The translations under genes and the position numbers were made by a program. Below, in pieces: positions 1-13,432 of a DNA stretch of 64,000 bases. This DNA is from Mobula hypostoma (taxonomy: Eukaryota). The notes beneath the pieces are model-generated. The model saw only the letters and a program-made list of their open reading frames with translations. It ran no database searches and had not been told where the DNA came from. The first letter of the stretch is position 1. Every line of letters starts with the position of its first letter. The stretch spans positions 109,680,001 through 109,744,000 of the forward strand of contig NC_086107.1 of assembly GCF_963921235.1 (NCBI RefSeq). The letters are read 5' to 3'.

Positions 1-650
1 TGACCAGCCATTGTTGCTCGGCACACCAAGGATTCAGCCCAAGAGTCCAGCTCTGATTCAGAAGCCTAGGATCCCAAGGCTCCGAAGACGGGCGGATCGA
101 GGGTCGGTGTCCCAACAGGAGATCCATGTGTCGTTGGGGGGTGTCAGAATATCTAAGGCTGTGTGCCCAGATCTTTAAGCGCAGAGCACGAAAAGAAGCG
201 ACGTAACGGACTTTTAACATCGTAAACCAGCGAGTTGTTTGTTTTGTCTCCCCGCTCGCTGTGAAACGGAGACACCCCTTTCTCCCTTATTAGGGAGGGA
301 GGGAGAGAGAGAGAGAGAGAGAGAACCTGTGGTATGTCAAACACCGGGTGAAACACAAAGTCTTTAGGGTAACTGCAAGTCTGTCTTTGCCATTGCCTTG
401 CTCACGCTTGAGTGTTCGGTGACGGGTACCGATGCTTTTTTTCTGCCGGTGGGGGGAGGGGGATTGTTGCTTGCTGCCGCCAACATGCAGGAGGGAGGGG
501 AGCTGGGGGGGGGTGGTCTTTGGGGTTCTAATATTTAACTGTCGTTCATTTGGGGCACTCCTCTGTTTTTGTGGATGGTTGCGAAGAAAAGCATTTCAGG
601 ATGTATATTGTATACATTTCTGAGATTAAATTGTACCTTGGAAACCTTTT
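1..650 (+). mobile_element. non-autonomous retroelement fragment with internal (GA)n
   Basis: 3' part resembles the LINE-type tails seen elsewhere in the window; window-truncated. Confidence 0.4.
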
Positions 651-904
651 TGAAATATTCTCAATGCAGTACTGAGGAAGTGCCACACTGTTGAATTCCA
701 GTGACTTTAAACCATAATCCAAGCTGTGGCTTTTTGACCGGTAGGACTAGGGTTGTGCAAGTTGGTTCAAGAACCTGCGTGTTTCAGAAGAGTACCTTTC
801 TCACTTCTGTTTAATGAATCAGACTCAGGTTATTCGGGCAAGCATCAACATGCAGCTCAATATTCCCCACTCAGGGTTGTGGACTGGGATCAAGGATACA
901 AAAT

Positions 905-1355
905 CTAATAGGGCCCCTTCTCCTTCCACTCCTCCCATTGTCCATTCTCCTATCAGCTCTTTACCTCTTCCACCTATCACCTCCCAGCCTCTTGCTTCAT
1001 AGAGCAACACACACCCAAAATGCTGGAGGAACTCAGCAGGTCAGGCAACATCTATGAGGAGGGAAAAGGAGTCAATGTGATGGAGGATCTCTGCCCAAAA
1101 CATCGACTCTTTATTCCTTTCCATAGATGCTGGCAGAGCTGCTGAGTTCCTCCAGCATTTTGTGCGTTACCTGTCACCTGCTTGCATCCTTCCTCCCCAC
1201 CATCTTATTCTGTCTTCCATCCTCCTCCTTTTCCAATCCTGATGAAGGGTCTCGGCCCGAAACGTCGACAGTTTATTCCCCTCCATAGATGCTGCCTGAC
1301 CTGCTGAGTTCCACCAGAATTATGTGTGTGTGCTTAAGATTTCCAGCGTCTGCAA
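905..1355. mobile_element. Penelope-like element repeats, partly fold-back
   Basis: Inverted arms ~1004-1075 and ~1100-1170; CTGATGA...CGAAACGTC at 1239-1266. Confidence 0.7.
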
Positions 1356-1682
1356 ATTGAAGTCTTTAACATAAACGGATTATCTTTTCAACACCATGAG
1401 CAGAAAACCACAAGCTACGAGCCCTGCTTTCAGTGCTGGAGGGTTGCACTGGATATCACCGAAGGAGAGAAGACAACTCTTTACTAGTGCCTTTGATCCA
1501 TTTTAGGGACCTAGTAATTCTGTCATCAGGGAAGCAAACTACATTCAAATAGCGCCTCCTGGGGTGGGGGGAGGAGGAAGGAAAGATGAAAGCAAAGTTC
1601 ACATTTTTTAATAGCACTTTCCCCATCCTCAGGACACCCCAGAACATTGGTTGAGCAATTTAATAATTTCATAGCATCATAT

Positions 1683-2078
1683 ACAGTGCCTTGAAAAAAT
1701 ATTCCACCCCCACAACTAGTTTCACATCTTACTGCCTCATTTTCTAAATTTAATATACTGAAGTAGGATTTTTTTTTGAGCTAATCTACAAAACGTTGTG
1801 CATCATGTCAAATCAAAAGGAAAAATTCCAAAACCTGTCAATAATTTAGTAAGAATTAAAAATCAAACTCGAGGCTGAAAAAAAAATCGTTTCCTTTGTA
1901 ATTACTGATATCCCCTCAGGTACAATTCTGTAAATTACCTTACCAACTCGCCCAATTGGTTGATGCAGAAATTGGAGGATCACCATTTTCAATGAAAACC
2001 CCCTCTCGACAGTATAGTCAATTTTCAACAGACCAAAGTGAAGGCAAAAGAGCTTTAAAGACAAGTCAGGGAAATGAG
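1683..2078 (+). mobile_element. Tc1-like transposon left end
   Basis: TA|CAGTGCCTTGAAAAAATATTC Tc1-type terminus followed by a decayed transposase start (KAKEL..QVRE). Confidence 0.6.
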
Positions 2079-2351
2079 TTTCAGTCAATATTTCGGGTTG
2101 AGACCCTTCCTCAGGACTGATCTAAAGACAGCAAAAATATATATTATTGGTGCAATAACACTGTAACACTTGCAGATCATTCTAGCTCTGGATGAGACAC
2201 TTGCACAACTTGTACAGTCCTGATAAAGGGGCACAGCATGAAGCATCGGCCATAAATGCTGCCTGACCTGCTGAGTTCCTTCAGCATTGTGTGTGAGATC
2301 CTCTGGACTTCCAGCATCTGCAGAATCTTGTCCGTTCCCATTCTCGTTTAT

Positions 2352-2660
2352 AGAGTCATTGGAAAGTACAGCACGGAAACAGGCCCTTCGGCCCATCGAG
2401 TCTGTGCCAAACCATTTAAACTGCCTACTCCCATTGACCTGCACCGGGACCATAACCCTCCATACTCCTACCACCCATATACCTATCCAAACTTCTCTTA
2501 AATGTGGAAATCAAGCTCACATGCACCACTTGCGCTGTCAGCTTGTTCCACACTCTCATGACCCTCTGAGTGAAGAAGTTCCCCCTCAAACCTTTCACCC
2601 TTAACCCATGACCCCTGGTTGTAGTCCCACCCAACCTCAGTGGAAAAAGCCTGCTTGCAA
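2352..2660 (-). mobile_element. CR1 LINE 3' end
   Basis: TRGHGLRVKG..NFFTQRVMRVWNKL, the CR1 ORF2 C-terminus. Confidence 0.85.
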
Positions 2661-4310
2661 TGTTGTTGTCTCGGTATGGCAGGTGTTTTCCTTGTCACAC
2701 TTCTAATTGGCTTTTGTCAAGCCACACCTCCTGCTCGTGGCCGCATCGATGAACTGCGGCAAAGCCGTCTCGGATCTTGCTGGCAGGGCACGCTTGGACC
2801 AGGTGGAGGACATGCTGGGTTGGGGAAACCACGGGGGCAAGCTGGGGTTTGTCAGGCGCCCCATCAGTGGTAGTGTTTGCCCCCTTTTGACAGGTTGACT
2901 TCTGAGTCTATTTGCAGCTATCCAGCTTTTTCTAGTGAGGAGCAAGGCGGGGTCGTCGATCAAATCTCCACTGGGGGTGGGGTTGTTGGTGTGCCTGTAC
3001 TGGCACCATTCAGTGTGTTCGTCAAAGCAGCTGAGGCTTTTCAAATTATAGAAAGGTTTTTGGGATTTGAATCGGGAAGTTGAAGGAGCATTTTCAATGA
3101 GTTTACAAACTGGATACGCTTGTAGAATTTTGCTGAAGCTGCTCTTCCACGGATCTCCAGGGGTGCTATTCCGTTCATTGTTGGGAGCCTTTGGGCAGGT
3201 GAGGATTTTAGGGCTCCTGAGATTATTATCATAGAAATATGGAGGTGAGTATTGCTACTGTTAGTTTGAGAACTTCTCTCCCAGGAGGGTGCGTAATAGA
3301 TGGTGGCGCGACGCAGCGCACAGTGGCCACTCCAGTGATGAATATCTGTTATTTGTCAAGTAGGATGCCATGCACAATCCTGATTTGATGGAGACGGACG
3401 TGAGAGCACGGAGGAACATCTGGTGAAACTTCTGAAATGCCTGTTTCGCTGCCGCTGCTACTGTGTGGTCCAGAATCTCTGGAGGGGAAGGCCCCGAGTC
3501 CTCGGCTTTGCTTGTTGCTCGGTGGCGGGGGCCGGGGTCAAAACGCTCCGCAGAGATGGTGCTCGGTGTTGGAGGCTTGAAGTTTTCGGAGTCGGTTGTG
3601 GTCGGGTGCTTCCAGGGTGCTGCATCGGCAAGTTTGCGGCGCTGGAGGTTCATGGCAGGGAGAGTTTCTTCCTTCTACCGTCTGCGTGAGATGTTGGGGC
3701 TATCGGGACTTTGAGACTTTTTTTTTTACCATGCCCATGGTCTGCTCTTATCAAATTACGGTATTGCTTTGCACTGTTGTAACTATATGCTATAATTATG
3801 CGGTTTTTGTCAGTTTTAGTCTTGGTCTGTCTTGTGTTTCTGTGATATCATTCTGGAGGAACATTGTATCATTTCTTAATGCATGCATTACTAAATGACA
3901 ATAAACGAGGACTGAGTGTCCTCATAATCTAAAATATTTGGCGAGTGGGAAACATTCCTAGGCCGGATGTTCGTAGGACTGACTGGTTAGCACCCTGTCT
4001 GGATTTTAGCTTTTTTGCAACATTTTGAAGTAGATCTTTTATGAGAGAGTTCGATCTAGTGTGAATCCTATGTACTTTGGGTGTGAATCATTGGGTAGCT
4101 GTCCGTCATTTAGTTTGATGTCAAGTTTAAGTTTGGTTAGTCAGTTGTCCAGATGAAACATGCAAGTTACTATTTTGTTGACATTCATATTTAGGTGCCA
4201 CTTTGAGAAGTGGGTGGATAGGGAGTTGATAACTTGGGTAAGGTTTTTTTCCTCAATAATCTGACATTGTTTGATTCAAAGGTTATGGCTCAGTTATCAG
4301 CACATCCAAG
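2661..4310 (-). mobile_element. Ingi/Vingi-like LINE remnant, interrupted at ~3265-3930
   Basis: Decayed motifs PKYIGFTLDRTLS, IISGALKSSP..LP..GIAPLEIR, RKSWIAANRLRS. Confidence 0.55.
3265..3931 (+). mobile_element. ~650-bp non-autonomous retroelement (family also at 11654-12336 and 27158-27370)
   Basis: Aligns by eye with the 11.7 kb copy; shared 3' end CAATAAA.GAGGACTGAG..CTCATAAT. Confidence 0.75.
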
Positions 4311-4959
4311 TTGAAGGTAATTGTAAGCAAATTTGCTATCTATATATCCTTCCAAAGTATTTTGGCCCACAATGTCGACTGTGCTCTTTTCCTAGAATGC
4401 TGCCTGACCTGCTGAATTCCTCCAGCATTTTGTGTGTGTTGCTCAAGATTTCGAGCATCTGCAGATTTTCTGCTTTATAGATCCCTCATACTCTTCAAGA
4501 TCCTGCCCAAACTCATTCCCACTCTTTTCTCACTCTCTGTAATTTCTAATATCACATTCTTCCTAATCCTACCGCACCCACACCCAGAATCACAATCAGG
4601 ATTATCATCACTGACACATGCCATGGAATTTGCTGTCTTGTGACAGCCGTATAATTCAGGCTTTACAAATTACAAAGTTCCAACTAAAGTAAATAAACCA
4701 TGAAAAAAAGAGGAATAATGAGGTAGTGTTCGTGGGAAGGACACCTCATTCTTCGTCTGGGTGAGTTGGTGTTGCAGTCTGCAGAACTCAATAATATTAA
4801 GTTCTCCAATTCCAGGTTCCTTGTGACTGCAGATGCTGGAGTCGGGAACAACAAACAATCTGCAGAGTTCCTCCAGCAAATTGTTTGTTGCTTCAGATAA
4901 CCTGCTCTATCTTTGTGCCTGCCATCCTTTTTTCTTCCCCCATTTGTATCTTCTGGCCT

Positions 4960-6120
4960 GATTCCTTTAGGTTGTCTTAGCCAGGTGAGGTGGTGGGAAT
5001 AAGCACAAAACACTCTGCAGATGCTGGGGTCAAAGCAACACTCACAACAGGCTGGAGGAACTCAGCAGGTCGGGCAGCATCCGTGGAAACGATCAGTCAA
5101 CATTTCGGGCCGGAATCCTTCGTCAGGACTGAAGAGGGAAGGGGCAGAGGCCCTATGAAGAAGGTGGGAGGAGGGTGGGAAGGAGAAGGCTGGTAGGTTC
5201 CAGGTGAAAAACCAGTAAGGGGAAAGATAAAGGGGTGAGGGAGGGGAAACAGGGAGGGGATAGGCAGGAAAGGTGAAGAAGGAATAGGGGAAAGCACAAT
5301 GGGTAGTAGAAGGAGGCAGAATCGTGAGGGAGGTGATAGGCAGCTGGGGGAGGGGACAGAGTGAAATAGGGATAGAGGAAGGGAGGGGGAGGGAATTACT
5401 GGAAGTTGGAGAATTCTATGTCCATACCAAGGGGCTGGAGACTACCTAGACGGTATATGAGGTGTTGCTCATCCAACCTGAGTTTAGCCTCATCATGGCA
5501 GTAGAGGAGGCCATGTATGGACATATCTGAATGGGAATGGGAAGCAGAGTTGAAGTGGGTGGCTACCGGGAGATCCTGTCTGTTGTGGCGGACGGCGCAG
5601 AGGTGCAGAATAAGCTCCCACTACCTACTGAATGCTCCTTAACAGCCTGCATCTCAAATAGCCTCTAGACAACCGAGTTCAGCTCCTGGCTTTTACGTGT
5701 GGCTTAGCTACTAAGCTCAGCAGAACTATTTCTACTGACAGAAGAAGAGATAAAAGCGGGTTACTGGTGCCTCAAAACCAGTCACTTCGGGCCGATGGGG
5801 CTCATCAGCCGTGGTTGGCAGCTCATCGGGGAGAGGGAAAACTCTGATCTCAAACCCCCGCTGCCTTGCGGCTACACCCACTCATGGGGAAGGCTTTGGG
5901 AGTAAACCTCGAAGAAAATTCCAGAGCTGGAGTCCTTAAGGCAGTCCTACACAGAGTTCAACGCTGACTGGCGACTCCTGGTACCAAACTGTATCAGTCT
6001 CTGCCATTCCTTTAGATTCATCAGCTCTGTGGAGAGGGGGAGTTTGTACTACTCTGGCTTGCATAGACTGCTAGGACACAACTTCCATGGTTGACCCCAA
6101 TTAACAGAGGGACTACTAAT
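4960..6120 (+). mobile_element. RTE-related non-autonomous element hosting a PLE insertion
   Basis: Host sequence resumes across the duplicated GAATAAGC; resembles RTE 5' UTR-type sequence. Confidence 0.4.
5005..5607 (-). mobile_element. Penelope-like element fragment
   Basis: GIY-YIG C-terminal remnant (LDEQHLIYRLGSLQP), ribozyme-like core at 5094-5131, TSD GAATAAGC 4997-5004 / 5608-5615. Confidence 0.8.
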
Positions 6121-6764
6121 TAACCTGCATCGGGGACACCGGTTGAATGATTATAAGCATAATTCTGACTCATTATCACTGACATATGTCAGGAAATTTG
6201 TTTTGAACTCTCTCCCTCCAACCCCTTCACCCCGCTCTCACGCAAAACATTATGAAGTCCTTCACATTCGCTGTAGAGAGCAGGTTTAATTTAATTCACC
6301 TGGAAAGACAGCACCACCTTGTGTTAACATCTCTGGAGCAGGACTCAGTCCTACGGTGATCTGACTCAGACGAGAGCTGGCCAATGAGAGGAGCCTTCAA
6401 CGGTGCAGAGACAGGCTACAAGTGCCCATCAACATTCGCGCTAATTGTGCTTTTAAAATACAGCTGTGCAGGCCAACCATTGCTCGGAGGAGGAATACGA
6501 GTACGATATAAAAAGATGGCCTGAAAACTGTGTGGCACTTTAAATGTTTTTATATGCACAATACAAATATGTAGAAATGAAAATTGGAAAAAATATTGCG
6601 ATTTTATCTATTAATTGAAAGGTATAATGAAATACAGTAGAGCAAAGAAAATCTTTCATGTTTCATCTCAGCATTGTATACTGCATACATACTTCGATTA
6701 CAAATGTACTTTGAATCCCTGCTGACCTGATCTTCTGCCTCGCCGCATCTACCTGCAGTCAGAC

Positions 6765-7344
6765 CGATGTTTCCTCTAAAGCGTTAGCGTACGTACACAC
6801 AACTTTTGCCACTAGTGCACAAAGGAATTTAAACTGCGGACGAAAGGTTGTCACCCTCTACCTCGTTGGCAGGTTAAGTATATTTCACGATCGTACACAA
6901 TCACACTTCCTTTTCCGGTTTCTGCTGTGGAGGGGGTTGACAATATGAAGTTTGCGACGATTTGTCTGCAGATTTTAGAACTGGCTTATTTATACTGTTT
7001 TTAATTAAAGAAATTATTGATTCACTATGTCAAATTGCAAACGGTGTGAAGCGCAAAAGAACTGCTAGTTCATTTAAAGTGGGACGGCTTAATGAAACAG
7101 TAGAAGCTGCTACACCGAAAGCTCATGAGGTCAGGAACGTGCAGCTACGAGAAATATTTATGTACAGAACAGAAACTGGTGTTACCTGCGTGTATTGTCG
7201 CAATGCAGAAGTTGCCGGAGTAGCTTCAAGTTTGCTTCCACTTAAGAATTCAGTGTGCACATGTTGTCGTCACTGGGCAAAAAAAATTGCACAACACAAG
7301 AGATTTTTGTGCCCACTGGTTATTATAAATTAGTGGGAACGTTG
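6765..7344 (+). mobile_element. hAT (Tip100-like) internal-deletion derivative
   Basis: Imperfect TIRs matching CAATGTTCCCTCTAA; remnant KRKRTASSFK...GVTCVYCR resembles a transposase N-terminal zinc finger; same family as 37552-37875. Confidence 0.65.
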
Positions 7345-7771
7345 ACCTAGACTATATCTCGGTAAGCATCTCTCATCCGGGGACCTCTCCATACTTCTGT
7401 CAAATTGAACCTATATCAACCACTCCACTAGTGACTCATCTACACTCATACCACCTTCTGAGAGGAGCTCCCCCTCAGATTCCTCTTGAAAATTCCACCT
7501 TTCACCCCAAACCCACACTCAGTGGCCACTTTATTAGGTACACCTGCTCGTTAATGCAAATGTATAATCAGCCAATCGTGGCAGCAACCCAATTCATAGA
7601 ACCGTGTAGACATGGTCAAGGGGTTTAGTTGTTCAGACCAAACATCAGAATGGGGAAGAAATGTGATCCAAGTGACTTTGACCGTGGAATGATTGTTGGT
7701 GCAAAGACGGGGTGGTTTGAGTATCTCTGAAACTGCTGATTTCCTGGGATTTTCACGCACAGTCTCTAGAG

Positions 7772-8677
7772 CGAGGTTCCCAACCTGGGATCCACACACT
7801 CCTCAGTTATTAGCATAATGCCAGGAGGTATTAACCCCTTTGTTAACCTATCCCTCAATGTCAGCAAGACAAAGGAATTGGTTGTTGACTTCAAGAGTAG
7901 CGGACCGCATGACCCAATTTACATTGGTGGTGCACAAGTGGAACAGGTCAAAAGCTTTAAGTTCCTCGGGGTCAATATCACAATGACCTGACTTGGTCCA
8001 ACCAAGCAGAGTCCATTGCCAAGAAGGCCCACCAGCACCTTTACTTACTGAGAAAACTAAAGAAATTTGGCCTGACCCCTAAAACCTTCACTAATTTTTA
8101 TAGATGCACCGTAGAAAGCATTCTTCTAAGGTGCATCGCAACCTGGTATGGAAGTTGTCCTGTCCAAGACCGGAAGAAGCTGCAGAAGATCGTGAACACA
8201 GCCCAGCACATCACACAAACCAATCTTCCATCCTTGGACTCACTTTACACCGCACGCTGTCGGAGCAGTTCTGCCAGGATAATCAAGGACACGACCCACC
8301 CAGCCAACACACTTTTCATCCCTCTTCCCTCCAGGAGAAGGCTCAGGAGCTCGAAGACTCGTACGGCCAGATTTGGGAACAGCTTCTTTCCAACCGTGAT
8401 AAGACTGCTGAACGGATCCTGACCCGGATCTGGGCCGTACCCTCCAAATATCCGGACCTGCCTCTCGGTTTTTTTGCACTACCTTACTTTCCATTTTCTA
8501 TTTATGATTTAAATTTATTTATAATTTAAATTTTTAATATTTACTATCGATTTGTAATCCAGGGAGCAGGAAGCGCAGAATCAAGTATCGCTGTGATGAT
8601 TGTACGTTCTAGTATCAATTGTTTGGCAACAATAAAGTATAATACCCTGTGGCATTAAAAAAAGTTGGGAAACTCTG
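7772..8677. mobile_element. hAT-Charlie-like MITE split by Rex1
   Basis: GGTTCCCAAC / GTTGGGAA termini; perfect 8-bp TSD CTCTAGAG 7764-7771 / 8678-8685. Confidence 0.75.
7841..8643 (+). mobile_element. Rex1/Babar LINE 3' fragment
   Basis: Highly similar to 42595-43430; ends AATAAAGTATAA. Confidence 0.85.
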
Positions 8678-8722
8678 CTCTAGAGTTTACAGAGAATGGT
8701 GCCAGTAACAAAAAAACATCAG

Positions 8723-9268
8723 GTGATGCTGATGCGGCCTCCTCTACTTTGGCAAGACCTGTCGTAAGTTGGGGGACCGCTTGTTCGAGCACCTCTGCAC
8801 CATCTGCCACAAGCAAAACTTCCCAGTGGCCAAATACTTCGGTTTCGATTCCCATTCCCTCAGGACGGAGGAGCAACACTGTATATTCCATCTGGATAGT
8901 CTCCAACTTGACAGCATGAATATGGATTCCTCCTTCCAGTAGAAAAGAATTTCTCTCCCCCCTCCCCTCTTCATCTGTTCCCCACTCTGGCCTCTTACCT
9001 CTTCTCACCTGCCTGTCACCTTCCCTTTCTCCTCTGGCCCACTCTCCTCTCAGATTCGTTCCTCTCCAGCCCTTTACCTTTCCCACCCACCTGGCTTCAC
9101 CCATCACCTTCTATCTTGTCCTCCTCCTCCCCCGACCTTTTTTGTTCTGGCGTCTTCTCACTTCTTTTCCAGTCCCGACAGTCTCAGCCCAAAACGGCGA
9201 CCGTTTATTCATTTGTATAGATGCTGCCTGACCTGCTGAGTTCCTCCAGCATTTTGCGTGTGTTGCCA
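8723..9268 (+). mobile_element. Penelope-like element fragment
   Basis: GIY-YIG remnant followed by the shared CT-rich and terminal repeat. Confidence 0.75.
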
Positions 9269-9603
9269 TGTACTCAATATCCTGATTTACGAAGATCAAT
9301 ATGCTAAAAGCTTTCTTTATGACCCTATCTACTGGTGACACTGAATCACACATCCACATCACAACACACTCCTCTCACCTGCTTTTGTGTCATCAGAAAT
9401 CAGTAAATAATTGAGGGCCAATATTTGATCTCTCGGGAAATCCCTTAGTTACATCTCTCCAGCCTGAAAAGAATTTACACGTTCTTTTCTATGTGATAGC
9501 CAGTTTTAAAATCAATACCAATGCACTTTCTCCAATACCTTGGGCTCTTAATCTATGAAACAGCCTCGTGTGGCATCTTTCAAATGCTTTTTGGAAATAA
9601 ATT

Positions 9604-9872
9604 CATTGGCCACTCTGGTAGACACCTCCTGTGCCTAATAAAGTGGCCACTAAGTTTATGTTCGTGGTTTTCTGCTGCTGTAGCCCGTCCACATCAAGGT
9701 TCGATGTTTTGTGCATTCAGAGATGCTCTCTGCACACCACTGTTGTAACGTGTGGTTATTTGAGTTATTGTCACCTTCCTGTCAGCTTGAACCAATCTGG
9801 CCATTCTTCTTTGACCTCTTCCATTAAAAAAGCATTTTCACCCACAGAACTGCTACTCAATGGATTTTTTTT
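9604..9872 (-). mobile_element. Tc1 derivative right part
   Basis: Matches 40250-40515 in reverse. Confidence 0.75.
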
Positions 9873-9879
9873 ATAGCAA

Positions 9880-11206
9880 CTTAATGACTGTCATCCAGTA
9901 GCACTCACATGTACACAATGAAGTGCTTTGAGAGGTTGATCATGGCCTGAATCAACTCCTGCCTCAGCAAGGACCTGGACCTCCGCGATTTGCCCATCAT
10001 GGCAGACGCAATCACAATGGCTCTTCACACAGCTTTAGATCACCTGTACAATACAAACACCCGTGTCAGGATGCCTCTCATTGCCTATAGTTCAGTGTTT
10101 AACACCATCATTCCTACAGGCCTGATCGATAAGTTACAGAACTTGGTCCCTGTAACTCCCTCGGCAACTGGATTCTTGACTCCCTAACCAGAAGACCACA
10201 ATCTGTGCAGGTTGGTATTAAAATCTCCTCCTTGCTGACGATCAATTCTGCCACACCTCAGGGATGAGTGCTTAGCCCACTGCTCTACTTCCATGAATCT
10301 GGCCAGGCATAGCTCAAGTGCCATCTATAAACTTTCTGATTGTTGGCAGAATTTCAGACAGAAACAAGAGGGCGTACAGGAGCAGGATATACCAGCTAGT
10401 TGATTGGTATTGCAGCAACAACCTTACATTCAACATCAGTAAGGCCAAAGAGCTGATTGTGGACTTCAGAAAGGGTAGGACGAGGGGTCGGGGACCAATC
10501 CTCGGAAGTGGAGAGAGTGAGCAGTTTCAAGTTCCTGGGTGTCTAGACCTCTGAGGATCTAATCTGGTTTCAACACATCGATGCAGCTATAAAGAGGACA
10601 AGACAGCAGCTATATTTCACCAGGAGTTTGAGGAGATTTGGTCCGTCACCTAAGAAACTAGGAAACTTCTACAGATGTACCGTGGAGAGAATTCTGACTG
10701 CCTGCAGCACCACTTGGTATGGGGGGGGGGGCGTGGTGTGGCTACCGCACAGGATCGAAAGAAGCTGCATAAATTTGTGAAATTAATCAGCTCCATTTTG
10801 GATACTAGCCTCCATAGTATCCAAGACATCTTCATGGAGTGGTGTTTCAAAAGGCAGCATCCATCATTAAGGACCCCCACCAGGGCATGCCTTCTTCTCA
10901 TTATTGCCATCAGGAAGGAGATACAGGAGCCTGAAGGCACACACAAACTCGGCAATTCAGGAACAGTTTCTTCCCCTCTGCCATCCAATTCCTGAATGGA
11001 CATTGAACCCATGAACACTACCTGACTTTTATTATTTCTGTTTTTGCACTATATTAATTTAACTATTTAATATACATATATATGCACTCACTGTAATTGA
11101 TCTTAATTAATTTTTTTCTATTTAATCTGTATTGCATTGTACTGCTGCCACTAAGTTAACAAATTGCATGGCATATGCCGGTGATATTAAACCTGATTCT
11201 GATTCT
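9880..11206 (+). mobile_element. decayed Rex1/Babar LINE
   Basis: [38 protein letters not shown]; (CTGATT)n tail. Confidence 0.85.
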
Positions 11207-11209
11207 CTT

Positions 11210-11458
11210 TAAAGCGTTTCCAACCTGTTTTATTGCATAGATCCCCACCGTGAACTGAGGCGTGCGAGGAACCCAGGTTGGGAACCCCCTGCTCTCCAGA
11301 CTATTGTGTGTGAAAATCCCAGAAGATCGGCAGTTACGCAAACCCGTCTGGCACCAACAATCATTCCATGGTCAAAGTCACTTAGATCACATTTCTTCCC
11401 CATTCTGATCACTGGTCTGAACAACTGAACCTCTTGACCACGTCCGCATGCTTTTATT
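11210..11458 (-). mobile_element. hAT MITE (~11210-11291) within a Tc1 derivative
   Basis: MITE termini; MGKKCDLSDFDHGMIVGARR on minus. Confidence 0.7.
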
Positions 11459-11547
11459 ATCCCGGTCCAACTCAGGTAACTCCACTTTCCTAGTGTTATA
11501 AATTCAAGATAGTAGGTTTCATTCTGTGCTGTTTATCCTCAAACTTA

Positions 11548-12590
11548 GGCCATAAGACACAGGAGGAGAATTAGGCTGATTTATTATCCCCCCCCCACTC
11601 TCAACTCCATTCTCCTGCTTTATCCCCTGAAACCCTTGACCTCCTCACTAATCTCCTTACTAAGGAGGAGAAGATGGCAGTGCGCGCGGCGTCTTCGGTG
11701 AATGATATCTATAATCTGTCAAGTAGGGGACCGTGCACAATTCTGATTTGATGGAGACGGACGTGAGAGTATGGAGGAACATCTGGAAAACTTCTGAAAT
11801 GCCCACTTCGCTGCCGCTGCTACTGTGTGGTAACCGGAATCTCCGGAGCAGAAGGCCCCGAAATCCTCGGCTTTATGTGTTTCAGCGGCCGGGGCGAGGT
11901 CGAAGGCGCTCGGCAGAGGATGGCGCTCGGGAGGCTATATCGGAGAGGCTGGTCGGAAGCTCGAAGTTTTCGGACGGATGGACTCAGTGTCGGCTGTGGT
12001 CGACTGCTTCCAAGGTATCAGCAAGCTGACGGTGCCTGGAGGTTTATGGCAGGGAGTTTCTCCCTTTTGCCGCCTGCTATCGGGGACTCGGGAGTAGATC
12101 GACTCGGGGACTTTTGAGAATTTATTTACCGTGCTCATGGTTTGTTCTTCATCAAATTACGGTATTGCTTTGCACTGCTGTAACTATATGTTATAATTAT
12201 GTGGTTCTGTCAGTTTTAGTCTTTGGTTTGTCCTGTTTTCTGTGATATCACTCCGGAGAAACATTGTATCATTTCTTAATGCATGTATGCATTTCTAAAT
12301 GGCAATAAAAGAGGACTGAGTCTTCTCATAATTTAAACTAATCAAGAACCTATCAACCTCTGCTTCAAATATACCCAACGACTTGACCTCCTCAGCCGTC
12401 TGTGGTAATGAATTCCACAGATTCACCACTGTCTGGATACAGAAATTCCTCCTCATCTCTGTTGTCCTTGTACTCTGAGGTTGAGTCCTCTGGTCCTAGA
12501 CTCACTTACTAACGGAAACATCCTTTCACATCCACTTTATCCATGCCTTTCAATATTCTGTGGGTTTAATTGAGCTCTCCCTCTCATGCC
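11548..12590 (-). mobile_element. CR1 3' end interrupted by a 650-bp element (11654-12336)
   Basis: CR1 3' UTR; insertion flanked by ACTAATC 11647-11653 / 12337-12343. Confidence 0.75.
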
Positions 12591-13029
12591 CAGAAACATG
12601 AAAGTTCACCTAGGTTTCCATCATATCAGGATCTTTAACTACATGATCAGTTCTTATTTCTCAAAACTCACGAGCAAATCCAATATAGCCCGTTCCTGGA
12701 TATACAAGTTGGTTGTCTGTCAATTTCAATGACGATGATAGGAACCTTTTGAAGTGGAAAAGTCGTTGCAGTGGGGCAGTCCCCCTCTCTCAATCTCAGA
12801 AGCCCTATTCCAGTGGTAAGAGTGATCGTCACAACTGGAGATCTCCTTGGTTGCAGAGGATGGCCACAATGTAGGTTCCATCATATATGAAAGCAAGAAG
12901 CAATCTGACGGAATCCACAAGTTCTTTTTCTTCGCCATCCTTACTAGCTTGGTCGGTCCAGTCAATAGGTAGATTAAAATCTTCCATGACAACTGCAGGT
13001 CCTTGATACGAGCTGGGTTAGATACATGG

Positions 13030-13432
13030 GTTATATCCAAAGGGGGGGGAAATGGCTGGAGTCACTTAGCACTTAAGTGCAAGGGGGTTTATTAAAAAAA
13101 CGATCTTACAAAAAATGCGCAAATATAGCAAAAAGCAAACTGCCAATGCTTACAAAAAGATATCTTCTAGAAAACACCATAATAGCTCCATACTATTTTG
13201 TCCAGTGAGAACTCCGGGCAACCCCGATCTGTCTCTCCCACTGAAAGCGATGAGCCCTGTTTATTAGGCACCAGGATGTACCATCTTTAATCACACAAAG
13301 TTAAATTAAGACTACACATGAATTAGACTATGATGCATCCCACAAAGTAGTTACAATCACATTGCAAAATGAACAGAAGTATCTGGCTTAGATACGGTAT
13401 ATAAACAACATATACACATTGACACATCCCCA
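13030..13432 (-). mobile_element. possible LTR remnant
   Basis: On minus: G-run then TG..., TATA-like and AATAAA signals in LTR order; no TSD found. Confidence 0.25.

Larger units (their letters stand above)
7516..8722 (+). mobile_element. non-autonomous Tc1 with nested hAT MITE and Rex1 LINE
   Basis: Terminus CACTCAGTGGCCACTTTATTAGGTAC; MGKKCD..DFDRGMIVGA..LSISETAD transposase N-terminus. Confidence 0.8.

Noticed and set aside
5640..5740. HDV-like ribozyme in the RTE-related element
   Set aside because: Could not assemble a consistent double pseudoknot by eye.
6299..6430. Minus-strand exon
   Set aside because: Donor plausible but no convincing acceptor or recognisable peptide.
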